A stretch of DNA of 64,000 nucleotides from Squalus acanthias (Eukaryota). Shown here piece by piece: positions 12,243 through 25,117 of this stretch. The notes under the pieces are model-generated. The model was not told where the DNA came from, ran no database searches, and saw nothing but the letters and a program-made list of their open reading frames with translations. Within the stretch, counting starts at the first letter, position 1; every line of letters starts with the position of its first letter. Position numbers and translations under genes: made by a program. Location: the NCBI GenBank assembly GCA_030390025.1, contig CM059432.1, forward strand, positions 65,102,001-65,166,000, in the 5' to 3' direction.

Positions 12243-14149
12243 TCCTCCTCTTCTGCTTCCTCCTCTTCCCTCTGTGAGCTGCTTGTCCCCTATGCTGCCT
12301 GTGCGCCATCTCCATATGATGCTGCAGTCTAAGAGGAACTGCAACTAGAACCCCCAGGACTGGGAGCAAGTGGTATTCTCAGAGGCCTTCCTTTAAGAGC
12401 CAAAGCCTTGCAAACGTCCAGCAGCACTCCCTGCACACTTTAATAACTTTTTAAATGTATTGCACCAAGCCACTACTCCAATAAAATGTAAAGAAACCAG
12501 TCCAAAAGCAAAAATCTAAACTTACCTGAAAGTTGTGTGTCCCTTTAAAAAGCGCTGGCGCGTTGTACTGCTGCACACACTTTCTTCTGTGCGTGGTTTG
12601 GAGAGGGCGTTATTAAAAGCAGCAGTGTCCAAAATCCCAGATCGTGCTTCAATTCAGGCGTCGCACGCTGATTGACATCACGATCTGGATCATTTAAATA
12701 TGGGAAGCGAGCGCAGGCAACGGCAGCAATGCCGACCTTTCCAAAATGGAGGCCGCCGCATTCCACGCCGGAAGCAGACAGAAGCGAGGCAGCCGGCATT
12801 TTCTCTTCCAAACTGGCCTTAACGGCTAGCACTAAGGGCTCCAATTTCCCGGCATTGGGCTTTTCAACCAAAATAGGAGTCATCTGAGAGATGATCATAT
12901 AGAGGCATATAAGATAGTAAATGGAATGGAAAAGGTTAATGCTAATACTACTTTAAATTATACAGTGGGAGTAGGACAAATGGGCAGAAGTTCAAACTGG
13001 TAAAAGATAATTGTAGGACTGAAATTAGGAAGCCCTTCTTCATGTGAAGAGTGATGAACAGTTGGAATGGACTTCTGGGCAGAGTGGTGGTGGCAAACCC
13101 TGGAATTTAATAAACAAGCAGGTGCAGAAATGGGGGGAGTGTTCCTATGTTCCTATGTGTAGGGTTGTTTTGGATGGATGAATTAGCTGAGCCAAATGGT
13201 CTTCCTCATCCATAAGTATCTTGTGATGAAGCATGCTCAGATGTCAGTTTGGTTCATTTGCTGCCAATTTTGCTTCTGAACCTGAATTTTAAGACTTAAT
13301 CACAATCTAAACTGATATTCCAATGCAGCACTGAACGAGTGTTGGTGATGTAATCCTTCAGATGAGAGGTCAAACTGAGGCTCTGTCTGTCTGTTCTGGT
13401 GGTTCAGTCCAAATCAAAGATCCCAAGACACTATTTGAAAAAGAAAAGTGAGTTCTCCCCATGTCCTAGCTTCCCCTCCCTGAATCACCACCACCAAAAA
13501 CAGATTAACTGCTTATTCATTTCATCGGGTTTTGTGGGATTGTGCTGTATTTGCTGATATAAAAGTTAATTTATTTCAAAGTAATTAATTGTATATGTGA
13601 AGAACTTTGAGAATTTTCAGACGTGATACAGTATAAATGGAAGTCTTGTAAACATAAAATCAAATGCATAAGTAAGTGTTGTTAAGGGCTACTCCTGGGG
13701 TTTCACTTACAACATGGAGACACATAGCATAGATAATATTTCATTGCAGCTACATTAAAGCCTTTTCAACATTTAATGATGATGACAGTAGCCTAGATAG
13801 TTACATTGTGCTAATTACAACAAATACGTTTTTCATTGCATTGCAGTTTGGCCACCACTTTAAATGGAGCGAGACTCTACTAAATCAAGACAATGGCTGT
13901 GAAGAAGCAGACATCAGTGTATTTATTGTAAACACTGCATTTTAACAAAAAGGCGGGTTAGAATAGGATGAGGGAGAAAAAAAGGTTATAATTGAAAGAG
14001 CAAGACAAGGTTTCTGTTATGATTACTCTGCTGAATTAATTCAACCAAAAGGAAATGCTTTATCGTGCTACAGATTCCTGAGATAGATCAGCATACTTTA
14101 TGGCTTCTGACACATTCTGTCTAGACAATGTGGTGAGGCAATTAAAAGG

Positions 14150-14735
14150 CTAATAAAATACTGGGATATAGCCAGAACAGTGGAATACAAGTTTACCAAG
14201 GTTATGCTTAAAGCTGTACAATGCAATGATCAGACTACATTTGGGGTATTGCGTGCAGTTCTGGTTGCCATGCTGTAAAACGAATGCCAGGGCATTGGAG
14301 GAAGTGCTAAGAAGTGAAACAAGCAGATAAGAGTGAAAAGAATGATTCCAAATGTAAGTGGGGAATGAGTGATGAGGAAAGGTTAGAAAGCTCAATACAG
14401 CATAGAAAGAAGATGGGGGGAGAGGAGACGAATCTCTTTGAGGTATATAAAATATCAAATGCTTGAGATAAGGTAAATCCAGAATATTACTTTAAAGTTA
14501 GGCAGGCTTGTAGAACCAGATATGATAATTATAAACGAGTGAAAAGTAAATTTATGTCCTTAAGCAAAGAGTGATGAATGTTGAGAATAACCTGTCTGGC
14601 AGGGTAGATGAGATCCAGACTTTTGGAGTATTCCACAAGCAGTTAGAAGTCAGGCTTGGGAGTGTTAGGTACTAGAGTGACCAGCTTCAGTGGGCCAAAT
14701 TACTTTTTCTCTTCCTTCGCGTTTCTAATGTTCTG
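14150..14735 (+). mobile_element. Old CR1 3' fragment
   Basis: Decayed LKLYNAMIRLHLGYCVQFW motif and CR1-like 3' end. Confidence 0.65.
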
Positions 14736-15695
14736 ATGACACCAGAGGTTGAAAATCCTCATGCCAGAATTTTTCCAAAAACGTTAATGTGATACAAAAC
14801 CCCTCAGGTAACTATAATAGAAATTATATATTTTTTCCTATTGATGTATTTTTTTATGGGGAATAGAAACCTTAATCTGAGAAAAGATAATTAACTTTGG
14901 ACTAACCCACCATGTGTAACTGAACTGTGGTTCAAGAGCTTTAATGAACCTATATAGGGAAAATTAATTAAGTTTCATATCCAGAGGAAATTTAATTAAA
15001 AAAATTAACTAAGACACAATTAATTGTCAGTGATGAGAATGAGCTAACTTAAAATGCTGTATATACCAGGAACAGAAAGTCCTTAATATGTCCAAATAAT
15101 AAAACTGATGAAAGTAGGTTAAATGCACAAAATGAAATAAAAACGGTTTCATTTTCTCTCCCTCTCCAGTTTAATACAAGGCTGATATACCCATGTGAGC
15201 TTTCCTATAGAAATCCTAACTGAGATTCTCAGTTAGCTTATAGTTTGATATATTTCTCGTTCAATGTTATTAGAAAATTAATTGGTTGAGATTTTTTGTA
15301 AAGCTGTGAAATATACAAAAAGCTGAACTGATGTTTAACAATTTGGATACTGCTAGTTGTTAATGAACCCCAAATAATAGAGCAAATTAATGACTATGAA
15401 TTGATGTGATAAATTGTCATGCGACTTAATGACTGAAAATAAAAGCAGAGACATTTAGCAATAGTATAAACTGATGCCATAATAAGGGGTGACTTCACAA
15501 TCCGTCACTTGCAAGGAGTGTATCTCAAGAAATGTGCAGCCCATGATTTCCCTTTTCTAATAATAGATAGAAAATCATGAGTTGTGCATCTCCAATTCCC
15601 CAAGGTATGCTCTCTGTGAATACAGCTGGTCCTGGGAGCTCTGGATTGCAGAATCACCCCTATGCACTTAAGGATTTAATTCACTCTGTGCACTA

Positions 15696-16098
15696 ATGGT
15701 CGAGGGATGTTTTTGTGACTGGAAAGCTGTTTCCAGTGGGGTTCCGCAGGGCTCAGTACTAGGTCCCTTGCTTTTTGTGGTATACATCAATGATTTAGAC
15801 TTCAATGTAGGGGGCATGATTAAGAGTGGATAGGAAGGACCTATTTCCCCTAGCAGAGAGGTCAATAACCCAGAGGGTGGTGGGGGTCTGGAACTCACTG
15901 CCTGAAAGGGTGGTAGAGGCAGAAACGCTCTTCATATTTAAAAAGTACTTGGATATGCACTTGAAGTGCCGTAACCTACAAGGCTACGGACCAAGAGCTG
16001 GAAAGTGGGATTAAGCTGGATAGCTCTTTGTCAGCCAGCACAGACACGATGGGTCAAATGGCCTCCTTCTGTGCCGTACATTTCTATGATTCTATGAT
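15696..16098 (+). mobile_element. CR1 3' fragment with two internal deletions
   Basis: [22 protein letters not shown] jumps at ~15824 to DRKDLFPL and at ~15870 to QRVVGVWNSLP; tail ttctatgattctatga. Confidence 0.8.
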
Positions 16099-16411
16099 TT
16101 TGAGCACACTGGCTAATTAATTTGTGTTCAATTTCTTTTCGTGAGACCTCTGCACTCACAGTGCTCAGTGAGCCAGTAGTGGACAAAGCTGACCTTGCAT
16201 CATTTCAAGAGATCAGCTCATTTGAATAATAGTATGCTACTCCCTACACAGATCATTTACTGCTCAGGAAACCTGCTGGGGTGAATGGACAGGATATCTG
16301 ACAAGAGCAGTTGTTAAAAGACTCCTGTTACTCTGTTAAAGTCAGGCTGTATAGTGTGAAGATTTTTTTGAGATTGCAGTTGACAATTGCTACAAGGAAG
16401 GAGAGGTGCAG

Positions 16412-16610
16412 CATGGCTCTTTTTGAGGAAGCAGTTTTGGAGATCTTGCTCCATGAGATCCTTCCAAGAAGGGTGGTCCTCTTAGGAGCTGAGCGGCAGC
16501 TTCTGATAATGACAAATGTCCAATGCTTGGGCCAGGTGACAGAGCGTGTCTCCCACACATGTAGGTCATGACAAAGACATTTTCAAGATTCAGGAATGTT
16601 GCCAATGTAA
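16412..16610 (+). pseudogene. Harbinger Myb/SANT-like gene relic
   Basis: LFEEAVLEILLHEILPRRVVLLG resembles FNEDSVQALVEGVRGRREILFP at 54979. Confidence 0.45.
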
Positions 16611-16826
16611 GTGCACTTGCACTTTAAGCAATTTTAGTGTACAACCTGATGGTGAATGCCAACTACAGTTCACTTTCATCTTGGTGCAACATCACAGAGG
16701 CAAAATGCACGGCATTTACATTAATCACTGCCCATGTTGCTGCAGGCCATACTTTATTGCTGTCATAGAAATATGCTTCTAATGTTACACATAAATCTTG
16801 AAAAATAGGAGCACTAAGCACACTAT

Positions 16827-17570
16827 CAGCCATGGTAGCACTCTCACCTGAGTCAGAAGGTTGTTGGTTCATAGTCCCACTCCAGAGACTTGAGCACAAT
16901 ATCTAGGCTGACAATTCAGTGCAGTACTGAGGGAGTGCTGCACTATCGGAGGTGCCATCTTTGGGATAAGACGTTAAACCGAGGCCCCGTCTGCCCTCTC
17001 AGGTGGATGTAAAATATCCCATGGCACTATTTCAAATTAGAGCAAGGGAGTTCACCCCGATGTCCTGGTCAATAGTATCCATCAACCAACATGACTAAAA
17101 CAGATGATCTCATTATTATCTGTGTCAGCTGTGGCTCAGTGTGGTAGCACCCTTGCCTCTGGGTCAGAAGGTTGTGGGTTCAAATCCCACTTCAGGGACT
17201 TGAGCACAAAAATTTAGGCTGACATTCTGCTGCATTGTCGGAGGTGCCGTCACTCGGACATTAAACTGAGGCCTTGTCTGCTGCTCTCAGGTGAATGTAA
17301 AAGATCCTGCGGCATTATTTTGAAGAAGAGCAGGGGAGTTATCCCCGGTGTCCTAGTTAATATTTATCCCTCAATCAACATCACTAAAAAACAGATTATC
17401 TGGTCATTATCACATTGCTGTTTGTGGGAGCTTGCTGTGCACAAATTGGCTGCCACGTTTCCTACATTACAACAGTGATTACACTTCAAAAAGTACTTCA
17501 TTGGCTGTAAAGTGCTTTGGGACGTCCGGTGGTCGTGAAAGCGCTATATAAATGCTGTCTTTCTTTTCTT
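16827..17570 (+). mobile_element. Two tandem tRNA-derived SINEs with Deu-like core (16827-17120 partial; 17123-17570 complete)
   Basis: Second copy has A box TGGCTCAGTGTGG, B box GGTTCAAATCC, shared core and a gctatataaatgc..(cttt)n tail. Further copies or tails at ~3251-3360(-), 13245-13650(+), 17988-18100(-), 36060-36165(-), 62086-62435(-). Confidence 0.8.
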
Positions 17571-18229
17571 TATCACATTGCTCTTTGTGCGACCTTGCTG
17601 TGCACATTTTAGCTGCTGTGTTCCCTACATTACAGCAGTAACTACACTTCAAAAGCAATTAATTGGCTGCAAAGTGCTTTCCGAAGAGTATGAAAGGTGC
17701 TATAATAAACACTTGTATTTTTCTTCGTTCACTGGCAACACAAGCTTCCTGCATGCTGCATGTTCACAAACTCAAAAAAGGTGGCTGGGAGGCTAGAAAC
17801 CTCAGGTTCGGATCTTCTTCATTTCATCATATGTCCTTTTCATATTTGCTTACAGGAAAAAAAATGCACATAACAGGCCCGAGCAGATTCATACCAGAGG
17901 GGCTCCTCTCAACCTGCATCCATTGACTCTATATGAAAAAAAGGATGCTCCCAATTCTAGGGCTGTAGGCAATAAAGGGAATGGAGAAGAAAGAAAGAAA
18001 TACTTGCACTTATATAGCGCCTTTCACGACCACCGGACGTCTCAAAGCGCTTTACAGCCAAGATGTACTTTAGGAGTGTAGTCACTGTTGTAATGTGGGA
18101 AAGGAGGCCAAAGGTTATACCCAAGCTAAGGATGAGAGCCATCCTATCTTTTTATTCTTTCTCCCTCCACTCATTCATTCATTAAAATCACTAATTAATT
18201 AATTAACTCCCTAACACACAGGCATACAC

Positions 18230-18770
18230 TGCACAGCATGGGGGGAGAAACAGTAGGCATGGTGATGTGAAGCTGAACACGGAGGGAATAAAAGTCCTCG
18301 TTGTTCATGTATGGAGCACTCCTGTGTGCAGAAGGTAAGTAAGATTTTATGAAGCCATGAATGACACGACATTCTTTTGGAAATCCTACCATTTAAAAAA
18401 TAAACGAAGGCGCTGTCCTGTTGTTCTCTATTTCTCATAGCAGAAGTGATACCTTCTTGCTGTGGCAAACAATGCACAAGTCAGCTGTTTTATGCAATGA
18501 TGCAGTGCAGACTGACTGATGTTACTGATGTCCCCAGTGGCTCCCTGGAAAGAATTTCTTAGAAACCACAACACAAAAACAGGCTGTTCAGTCCAACTAG
18601 CCTGGAATGACCTCAAAGCAAACATTTCTAAGGCTGCTGTTAACTTCACTACCATCAGCAGCTCCATACATGCCCTGGAATTCAACGGAGGGTCCTCCTG
18701 TAGCATGTTACACAACTCACTGGCTCCCTGGGGAATTGGAGCCTCCAAAGGCACTGCTCCTTGATCAGGG
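18230..18770 (-). pseudogene. PIF/Harbinger transposase relic
   Basis: VVKLTAALEMFALRSFQ..FQGATGDISNISQSALHHCIKQLT, homologous to 58477-58330. Confidence 0.7.
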
Positions 18771-19417
18771 CCAGATAATTCCTTTGTGGCCAGTATATTC
18801 TGTTGCCGGGGTAACAGCGAGTAGAAGCTTTTCTTCTGCATTTTTGTCAGACTTCTTTAGCATTATAAAGTTCTTATTTTAAGATTTATTTCCTCACTTT
18901 TAAGGTTCTTTTGCCACCACTATTTTTAGCTTCTTGGCCTCTGCTAATACCATATTTGAATTGGCCACCAGAAAGTATACAGTGGCTATCATTGAGAATA
19001 CATTTTTAATTTCTTTAATAGAAAAGCTGGATTTTAATGCTGAAAATATTAATTATCAGATCATTTGCATTAGCGACTTTAAATTTAGAGTAGACTGTAG
19101 TTTGCTATAAAATCTTATTGTATATTATAGCTGTTAAATGAGATTCAAATACACATTTGTGGGGGGGGGAGGTCATTTTAACTTAACCTGCCCAGCAGGA
19201 AACTGAAGGCATCAGATCGGCTGCCTGTTTGTTGTACACCCCGGGCTATTGTACTTTCCATTGACTTCAATGAATGGTTAGGTTAAAATTACCCATTTGC
19301 TTTTTCAGCAAAATATCTGTCTCCCAACATCAGGTATGTACATATGTCTTTTAGTCGGTCACTATCCATATCTAAATGTACTGGCATAACAACTGTGCTT
19401 TAGATTATTATCCAAAC

Positions 19418-19541
19418 CTGGTTGCGAAGGGAGCTGATAGTCTTTTGCACTTCAGCCACAAAGCTGTTGAAATCCTGAGGAGCCTTGTGATTACTGGGAA
19501 AAATTGTTGAGTTCACAAATTCACTGAAGTCTTGCTTGTAC
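19418..19541 (-). CDS. PXDNL: Peroxidasin-like gene, internal exon (start of C-terminal coiled coil)
   Basis: Not in the ORF track. 124 bp; acceptor ACTAG|G completes AG|G=Arg; donor AACCAG|GTTTGG. Encodes YKQDFSEFVNSTIFPSNHKAPQDFNSFVAEVQKTISSLRNQ, resembling the recalled peroxidasin DFxxFxxExQxTIxxLRxQ segment. Confidence 0.88.
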
Positions 19542-20554
19542 CTAGTATTCATAAAAATAGTTAATCTTTTAGATACAAAGAACCAGTTTTAGTAATAAGC
19601 AGATGAAAGGGGCATATTATAATCAGTAAATTCTTAAAATGATATCTAGGTTTTTTTAAAGTCAGGTTCTCAAATGAATTAACAAAATAAAAAGAGTAAT
19701 GCTATATTTCCCCTGATAAACAGACAGAATAATTGCTTTTTGAGTGGATCCTTTTCAGATTGACTAAACAACTTATTTTTCCCCTGCAGTTGTTTGTTCA
19801 GTTTTCTTTCTTACCCACCTCTTCTCTCCTGAAGGTGGTGACTTATTCTGTGCTTTAATAACCATGGGTGTCAGCAGTCCTACAGTACTGCACTTGTGTG
19901 TGCATCTCGACAGTGATGGTCAGCTGTTAGAGGCATCCAAATTCAGCTTGGTTTTGTCCTCACCTGACGTCCCTAAATATGATCTTCCAGTAAGCTGGCT
20001 TTCTGCCTCTCTAGCCCAAAGATGCTGAGGCCAATTATAACATCCCCACTACCACCACAGCTGAAAATAGCTAACTCAGCGTACATCAGGGATCAAACCT
20101 TTAGACCCTCTTGATCTATATGGCTCAGTATCACACTATTGTAAGCCATGTCTCCATTTATTCATTTTTGTGATGAGCCTACATTCAACACAAATACAGA
20201 GCAAACAATCTAGTAGAAAATACTGAAAATTCTGCTGCTGTTTTCTTACAGTGATGGGGGAGTTTTAAACAAGATTCACAACAAGGTGGTGAGTTATTGT
20301 TAACACTGTGGGCGTTTTAAATCCCACATAAGTCAGAGGAATGCTCAGCTGATTCTTTACAGTTCCACTATTGTTGGGGAGGTCAGGAGATTAAACTCTC
20401 TAAAAGAATTGAAATGTTTTCAATTTAATGTTAAACATGTATAAGAGAAGCACACCAATCGTTAGTAAAATATACATTCTAACCATTTTCTGATTAATAA
20501 GCGACTGGTCAAGAATCTGTGCTTTAGGTCTGCCTACAATGTTTTATTATTCAT

Positions 20555-21960
20555 TCCCAAGATCACATGATAATTATGGATGGGGAAGGCCGCTCAGCCC
20601 ATCTTAATTCATCCAGCTAGAGCGATCCTGGAGTCTCCTCATTTCAGCATCCAATTGTTTCTTAAAAGATTCCAGGATTGTTGCCTCCACTACTCTATCT
20701 GGAAGTCTATTCCACACAATGTGTGAAGAAGAATTTCCTGACATCAATCCTAAATTTATCTTTTACTAGTTTGAACCCATGTCTACTTGGCCTGGACTCA
20801 CAATTGAATTTAAAGTAATATTCCAGACTAAGCTTTTCCATTCCCTTAAACTATTTTATATAGCTTTATACAATCACTTCTCACGCTTCTCCTTTTCAGG
20901 CTGAAAAGACATAGGCGGGTAATTATTTTTTTTATATCACCGGGCAAAAAACAGGTGATAGTGAATCGATCGGCCGCTTTTACAGTGTACCCGATTATAA
21001 TTTCCAGTGAAATCAATGGAAATGAAAATTGGACGGGGTGTAAAACAGGCTGCTGATTCGCTATTGCCTATTTTTCGCCCGGTGATAAAAATTAAAAGTC
21101 CCCCCATGTATTTTCAGCCTTCGCTCACAGCTCAGCCCTTTGACTTAATGTGCTTGACTCTTAGCTGCCCTCTGAAGTGGTCTCGCATGCTATTTAGTTC
21201 AGGGCAACTCAAGGTGGGCAATAAATGCCGCTCTTCCTCACGATGTCCACATCCCAAGAATGAATGAATTAACGTGTATATATACATATTCATTCTTGGG
21301 ATGTGGATGTAGGGTTTCTCTGCACTGCCTCAAGCACTTGGATGTTATCCTTCTGTCTTGGTGACCAGAACTGGACACAATACTTAAGGTGCAGTCTGAC
21401 CAGAGCACAATACATTTTGATTCTGACTTCCTATCACTTATATTAGCTATGTTGTTCAACATTCTATTGGCTTTGTTGTTTGCTGCTCTACATTGGTTGG
21501 ATACGTTGGGCATCAAGTCTGCTAAGACTCCTAGTCCCCTTTTAACTTCGGTCATACTTTTTTATTGCCATTCATAGTGTACATGTATCAATCATTTTTT
21601 TCTTATGTGCAATACTTTACACCTATCTGCATTAATTGTCATCTGCCATTGTTCCACCCACTTATATATTTTATCCCACTCACTCTGCCATTTCTGAGCT
21701 GACTCCTCCAAATCAACAGTCCCTCTTAGTTTGGTATCATTTGCAAATTTAACCATTTTTGCATTAAGTTTCTGCAAATATAAATTAGAAACAATAGTAG
21801 TCCTCACATCAAAGCCCAAGGGCGCTCACTCAGTATTTTCCAACACGCCGAAATAAATTCTTCAATGAGTAGTTGTTGTGTTATACCCTTCAGCCAATCT
21901 CTTATCCAGTACTGGCATTTGCCTTGAATTCCTAATAGCCTTTCAGGTGGAACCTATTTA
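20555..21960 (-). mobile_element. Old CR1 3' fragment interrupted by small insertions
   Basis: KFANDTKLRGTVD..WVEQWQM..CKVLHI; NKANRML; interrupted around 20910-21310. Confidence 0.7.
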
Positions 21961-22414
21961 CCTCATATTCAGTTTACCCTTCACTCCAATACCATGTACC
22001 AACATGGTCTTCAGTCCTATTATGATTTAATATAGCTAACAAAAATATTCTGTTGCAGTTCATCACAAAACTAGGTCATCTCATCAGTGTGAGTGCACTA
22101 TAAATCTCAATGCGTAAGGTTCACAATTTACAACTGGCACAAGTACAAGTGAGTTATGGTGGTCTTTCACATGGGTAACATGCTGATGATGGAACTGTAT
22201 TTTATCCCATTTGGGATTTTATTTGGTTCAAATCAGTATTGTGGAATCAGACCATTGGCTGGTACTTCACATGTGTAAATCACTGTTTAATTTGATTGCA
22301 GTAATTTAACACATGGCTGAGAATTAACACATTGCAGTGCAGTAAATTCATTGCTCTAATTTGAGCCTCCCCTCAAATACCATCTTTCAGAACCTCCATC
22401 CGTAAGCTACATAC

Positions 22415-22544
22415 CTCTCTTGTTGCTTATCAGATGTGGCTGCGGCATCCCTTGTACGCTTATCTTCTGGATAACTGAACTCTGCTGAGCGTTTGCTGCG
22501 GAACTGGTGTGAAAGTGCATTAAACTGTCCTCGTGTTCTACAAT
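22415..22544 (-). CDS. PXDNL: Peroxidasin-like gene, internal exon (linker with proprotein-convertase motif)
   Basis: 130 bp; acceptor TTTGTTTGTGCAG|AT completes G|AT=Asp from the previous exon; donor GAGAG|GTATGT. Encodes [43 protein letters not shown](R). Confidence 0.9.
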
Positions 22545-22989
22545 CTGCACAAACAAAGAGTCCATTTTTAAGCACTGCAAGACATCTGTCATCGCCAGCC
22601 ACATGTTTATCTCTCCATAACAGGGGTCTCCACTAACCGCACAATTCTACATCCCTTTTGTACTTTCATGAATATCATATTGCTATATTTGTCTTAGTCC
22701 TTTCTCAAGGCCCCAAATACTTTGCACAAAATTGACTGTATTATGCAAAGATCACCTCACTCTTGCTTTAATGGCTTCCAAGTGTAGCAATACTAAGCAT
22801 GTAATCAAATTAAGTAGATTTATTTGCATACCAGAGCTTGGAGACAGAGCTGGGTGAACACAATTGGAATGGTTCGCAAGCAGAGTGGAAGAATTTGATG
22901 AGCACAGGCAAGGAGGAAGGTGGGTGAGACGTCTGACTGAAAAGGAAGAGTGGAGCCACAGAACCCATGGACTCAAAGCTAATAGGACT

Positions 22990-25010
22990 GAGAGCGGACC
23001 TGTGGGAGAGCGAGAGAAGGGGCCGGAGATAAAGATAGGCCCGAGAGCCTGCAGGGAGCACAAGCGTCAGGGAGCAAGGCAAAAAAATACTAAAGCGACG
23101 TCAGCACAAGGGAAGGAACTGATTGGTGAGTAGCTGGTGATTTTTTTTGAGTCTTGAGTTTATTTCTGTTATGTTAGTTAAAAGTCTATTAAATAGAGGT
23201 ATGGCAGGGCACCTCAGTTCCATTGAATGCACATCTTGTGCCATGTGGGAACTCCAGAACGCATCCCATGTCCTGGACAACCACGTGTGCAGGAAGTGTC
23301 ATCAGCTGGAGGAGCTCAAACTCTGGGTTTTGGAGCTTGAGCAGCAGTGGTGCAACTGCAATGCATCCGTGAGGCTGAGGGCTACATGGATAGCACTTTT
23401 CAAGAGGTGGTCACCCCGCAGCGTCAAACTGTACAGGCAGAGAGGGAATGGGTGACCACCAGACAGACAAGAAGGACCAGGCAGGTAGTGCAGGAGTCTC
23501 CTGAGTGCATCTCACTCTCTAACCGGTATTCAGTACGGTGAGGGCGATGGTTGCTCTGGAGAGTACAGCCAGAGCCAAGTCCATGCCACCACGAGTGGCT
23601 CAGCTGTACAGGAGGGGGAGGAGGAAGATTGGGAAAGCAACAGTGATAGGGGATTCGATAGTGAGGGGAATAGACAGGTGTTTCTGCGGCCGCAGACGTG
23701 ATTCCAGGATAGTATATTGTCTCCCTGGAGCCAGGGTCAAGGATGTCACTGAGCAGCTGCAGGACATTCTGAGGGGGGAGGGAGAACGGTTGTTTTTCGG
23801 ACTGGAGGAAGGTATACAGTGGTGTTCCCCAGGGGTCGGTACTAGGACCACTTTTCTTGTTATATATCAATGACTTGGACTTGGGTGTACAGGGCACAAT
23901 TTAAAAATCTGCAGATGCCACAAAGCTTGGAAGTATAGTGAACAGTGAGGAGGATAGTGATAGACTTCAAGAGGACATAGACAGGCTGGTGGAATGGGCG
24001 GACACGTGGCAGATGAAATTTAACACAGAAAAGTGCGAAGCGATACATTTTGGTAGGAAGAACGAGGAGATGCAATATAAACTAAAGGGTACAATTCTAA
24101 AGGGGGTGCATGAACAGAGACACCTGGGGGTATATGTGCACAAATCGTTGAAGGTGGCAGGGCAGGTTGAGAAAGCGGTTAAAAAAGCATACGGGATCCT
24201 GGGCTTCATAAATAGAGGTCATGATGCGGAGATGCCGGTGTTGGACTGGGGTGGACAAAATTGAGAGGTCGCACAACACCAGGTTATAGTCCAACAGTTT
24301 TATTTGAAATCACAAGCTTTCGGAGCTCCGATAGCTCCGAAAGCTTGTGATTTCAAATAAAACTGTTGGACTATAACCTGGTGTTGTGCGACCTCTCAAT
24401 TTCATAAATAGAGGCATAGAGTACAAAAGCAAGGAAGGTATGATGATGAACCTTTATAAAACACTGGTCCGGCCTCAACTGGACTATTGTGTCCAATTCT
24501 GGGCACCGCACTTTAGGAAGGATGTGAAGGTCTCAGAGAGGGTGCAGAAAAAATTTACAAGAATGGTTCCAGGGATGAGGGACTTCAGTTATGTGGATAG
24601 ACTGGAGAAGCTGGGGTTGTTTTCCTTAGAGCAGAGAAGGTTGAGAGGAGATTTGATAGAGGTGTTCAAAATCATCAGGGGTCTAGACACAGTAGAAAGA
24701 GAGAAACTGTTCCCATTGACGGAAGGGTCGAGAACCAGAGGACACAGGTTTATTGGCAGAAGAACCAAAGGCAACATGAGGAAAAACTTTTTAGCGAATG
24801 GTTAAGATCTGGAATGCACTGCCTGAGAGAGTGCTGGAGGCAGATTCAATCGTGGCTTTCAAAAGGGAATTGGATAATTACCTGAAGGAAAAAAATTTGC
24901 AGGGCTACGGGGAAAGGGCGGGGGAGTGGGACTAGCTGAAGTGCTGTTGCAGAGAGCACCCGGTACGGGCTCGACAGGTCGAATGGCCTCCTTCTGTGCT
25001 GTAACCATTC
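22990..25010 (+). mobile_element. CR1 with ORF1 joined directly to the RT region of ORF2
   Basis: ORF1 MAGHLSSIECTSCAMWE (23200)..IGDSIVRG..ILRGEGE, then at ~23786 [15 protein letters not shown]..; 3' end ~25005. Confidence 0.88.
24219..24400. mobile_element. Penelope-like terminal fragment forming a fold-back, inserted in CR1
   Basis: Perfect 14-bp TSD TTCATAAATAGAGG (24205-24218, 24401-24414); 70-bp perfect arms 24258-24327/24333-24402. Penelope origin is recalled, not proven. Confidence 0.75.
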
Positions 25011-25117
25011 TTTGTTTCTGTGATACCAGAAAATTTGAAAAGCATGCCATGTAACTTTCATTTAATAAGTGGTATATTGAGATCGAAACAAGGAGAAATT
25101 CACTCTTTGAACGCATA

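Larger units (their letters stand above)
6804..12854. mobile_element. Internally deleted PIF/Harbinger element, inserted in an old CR1 3' end and itself hosting a CR1
   Basis: TIRs GGCCTGGAAATTGGA / TCCAATTTCCCGGCA (13/15), TSD TTG (6801-6803, 12855-12857); flanks rejoin as CR1-like gagacttgggcttttcaacc. Myb-gene relic QCPKKFHDLRRVVK|gt at ~7063-7105; minus-strand acidic tract split at 8043/12242. Confidence 0.75.

Noticed and set aside
17123..17200. tRNA gene
   Set aside because: A and B boxes continue into a SINE body and tail present in several copies.
1..19417. VWC-domain exons of the peroxidasin-like gene
   Set aside because: A manual scan found no IxKLExRL or CxxCxC exon with valid splice sites; a GTAAG donor near 4920 and a GTCAG donor near 16193 gave no matching peptide. 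They probably lie beyond the window; tBLASTn would settle it.
22387..22602. ORF-track boundaries of the peroxidasin exons
   Set aside because: This ORF and 36711-36965 include intronic flanks; splice-site-defined coordinates were used instead.
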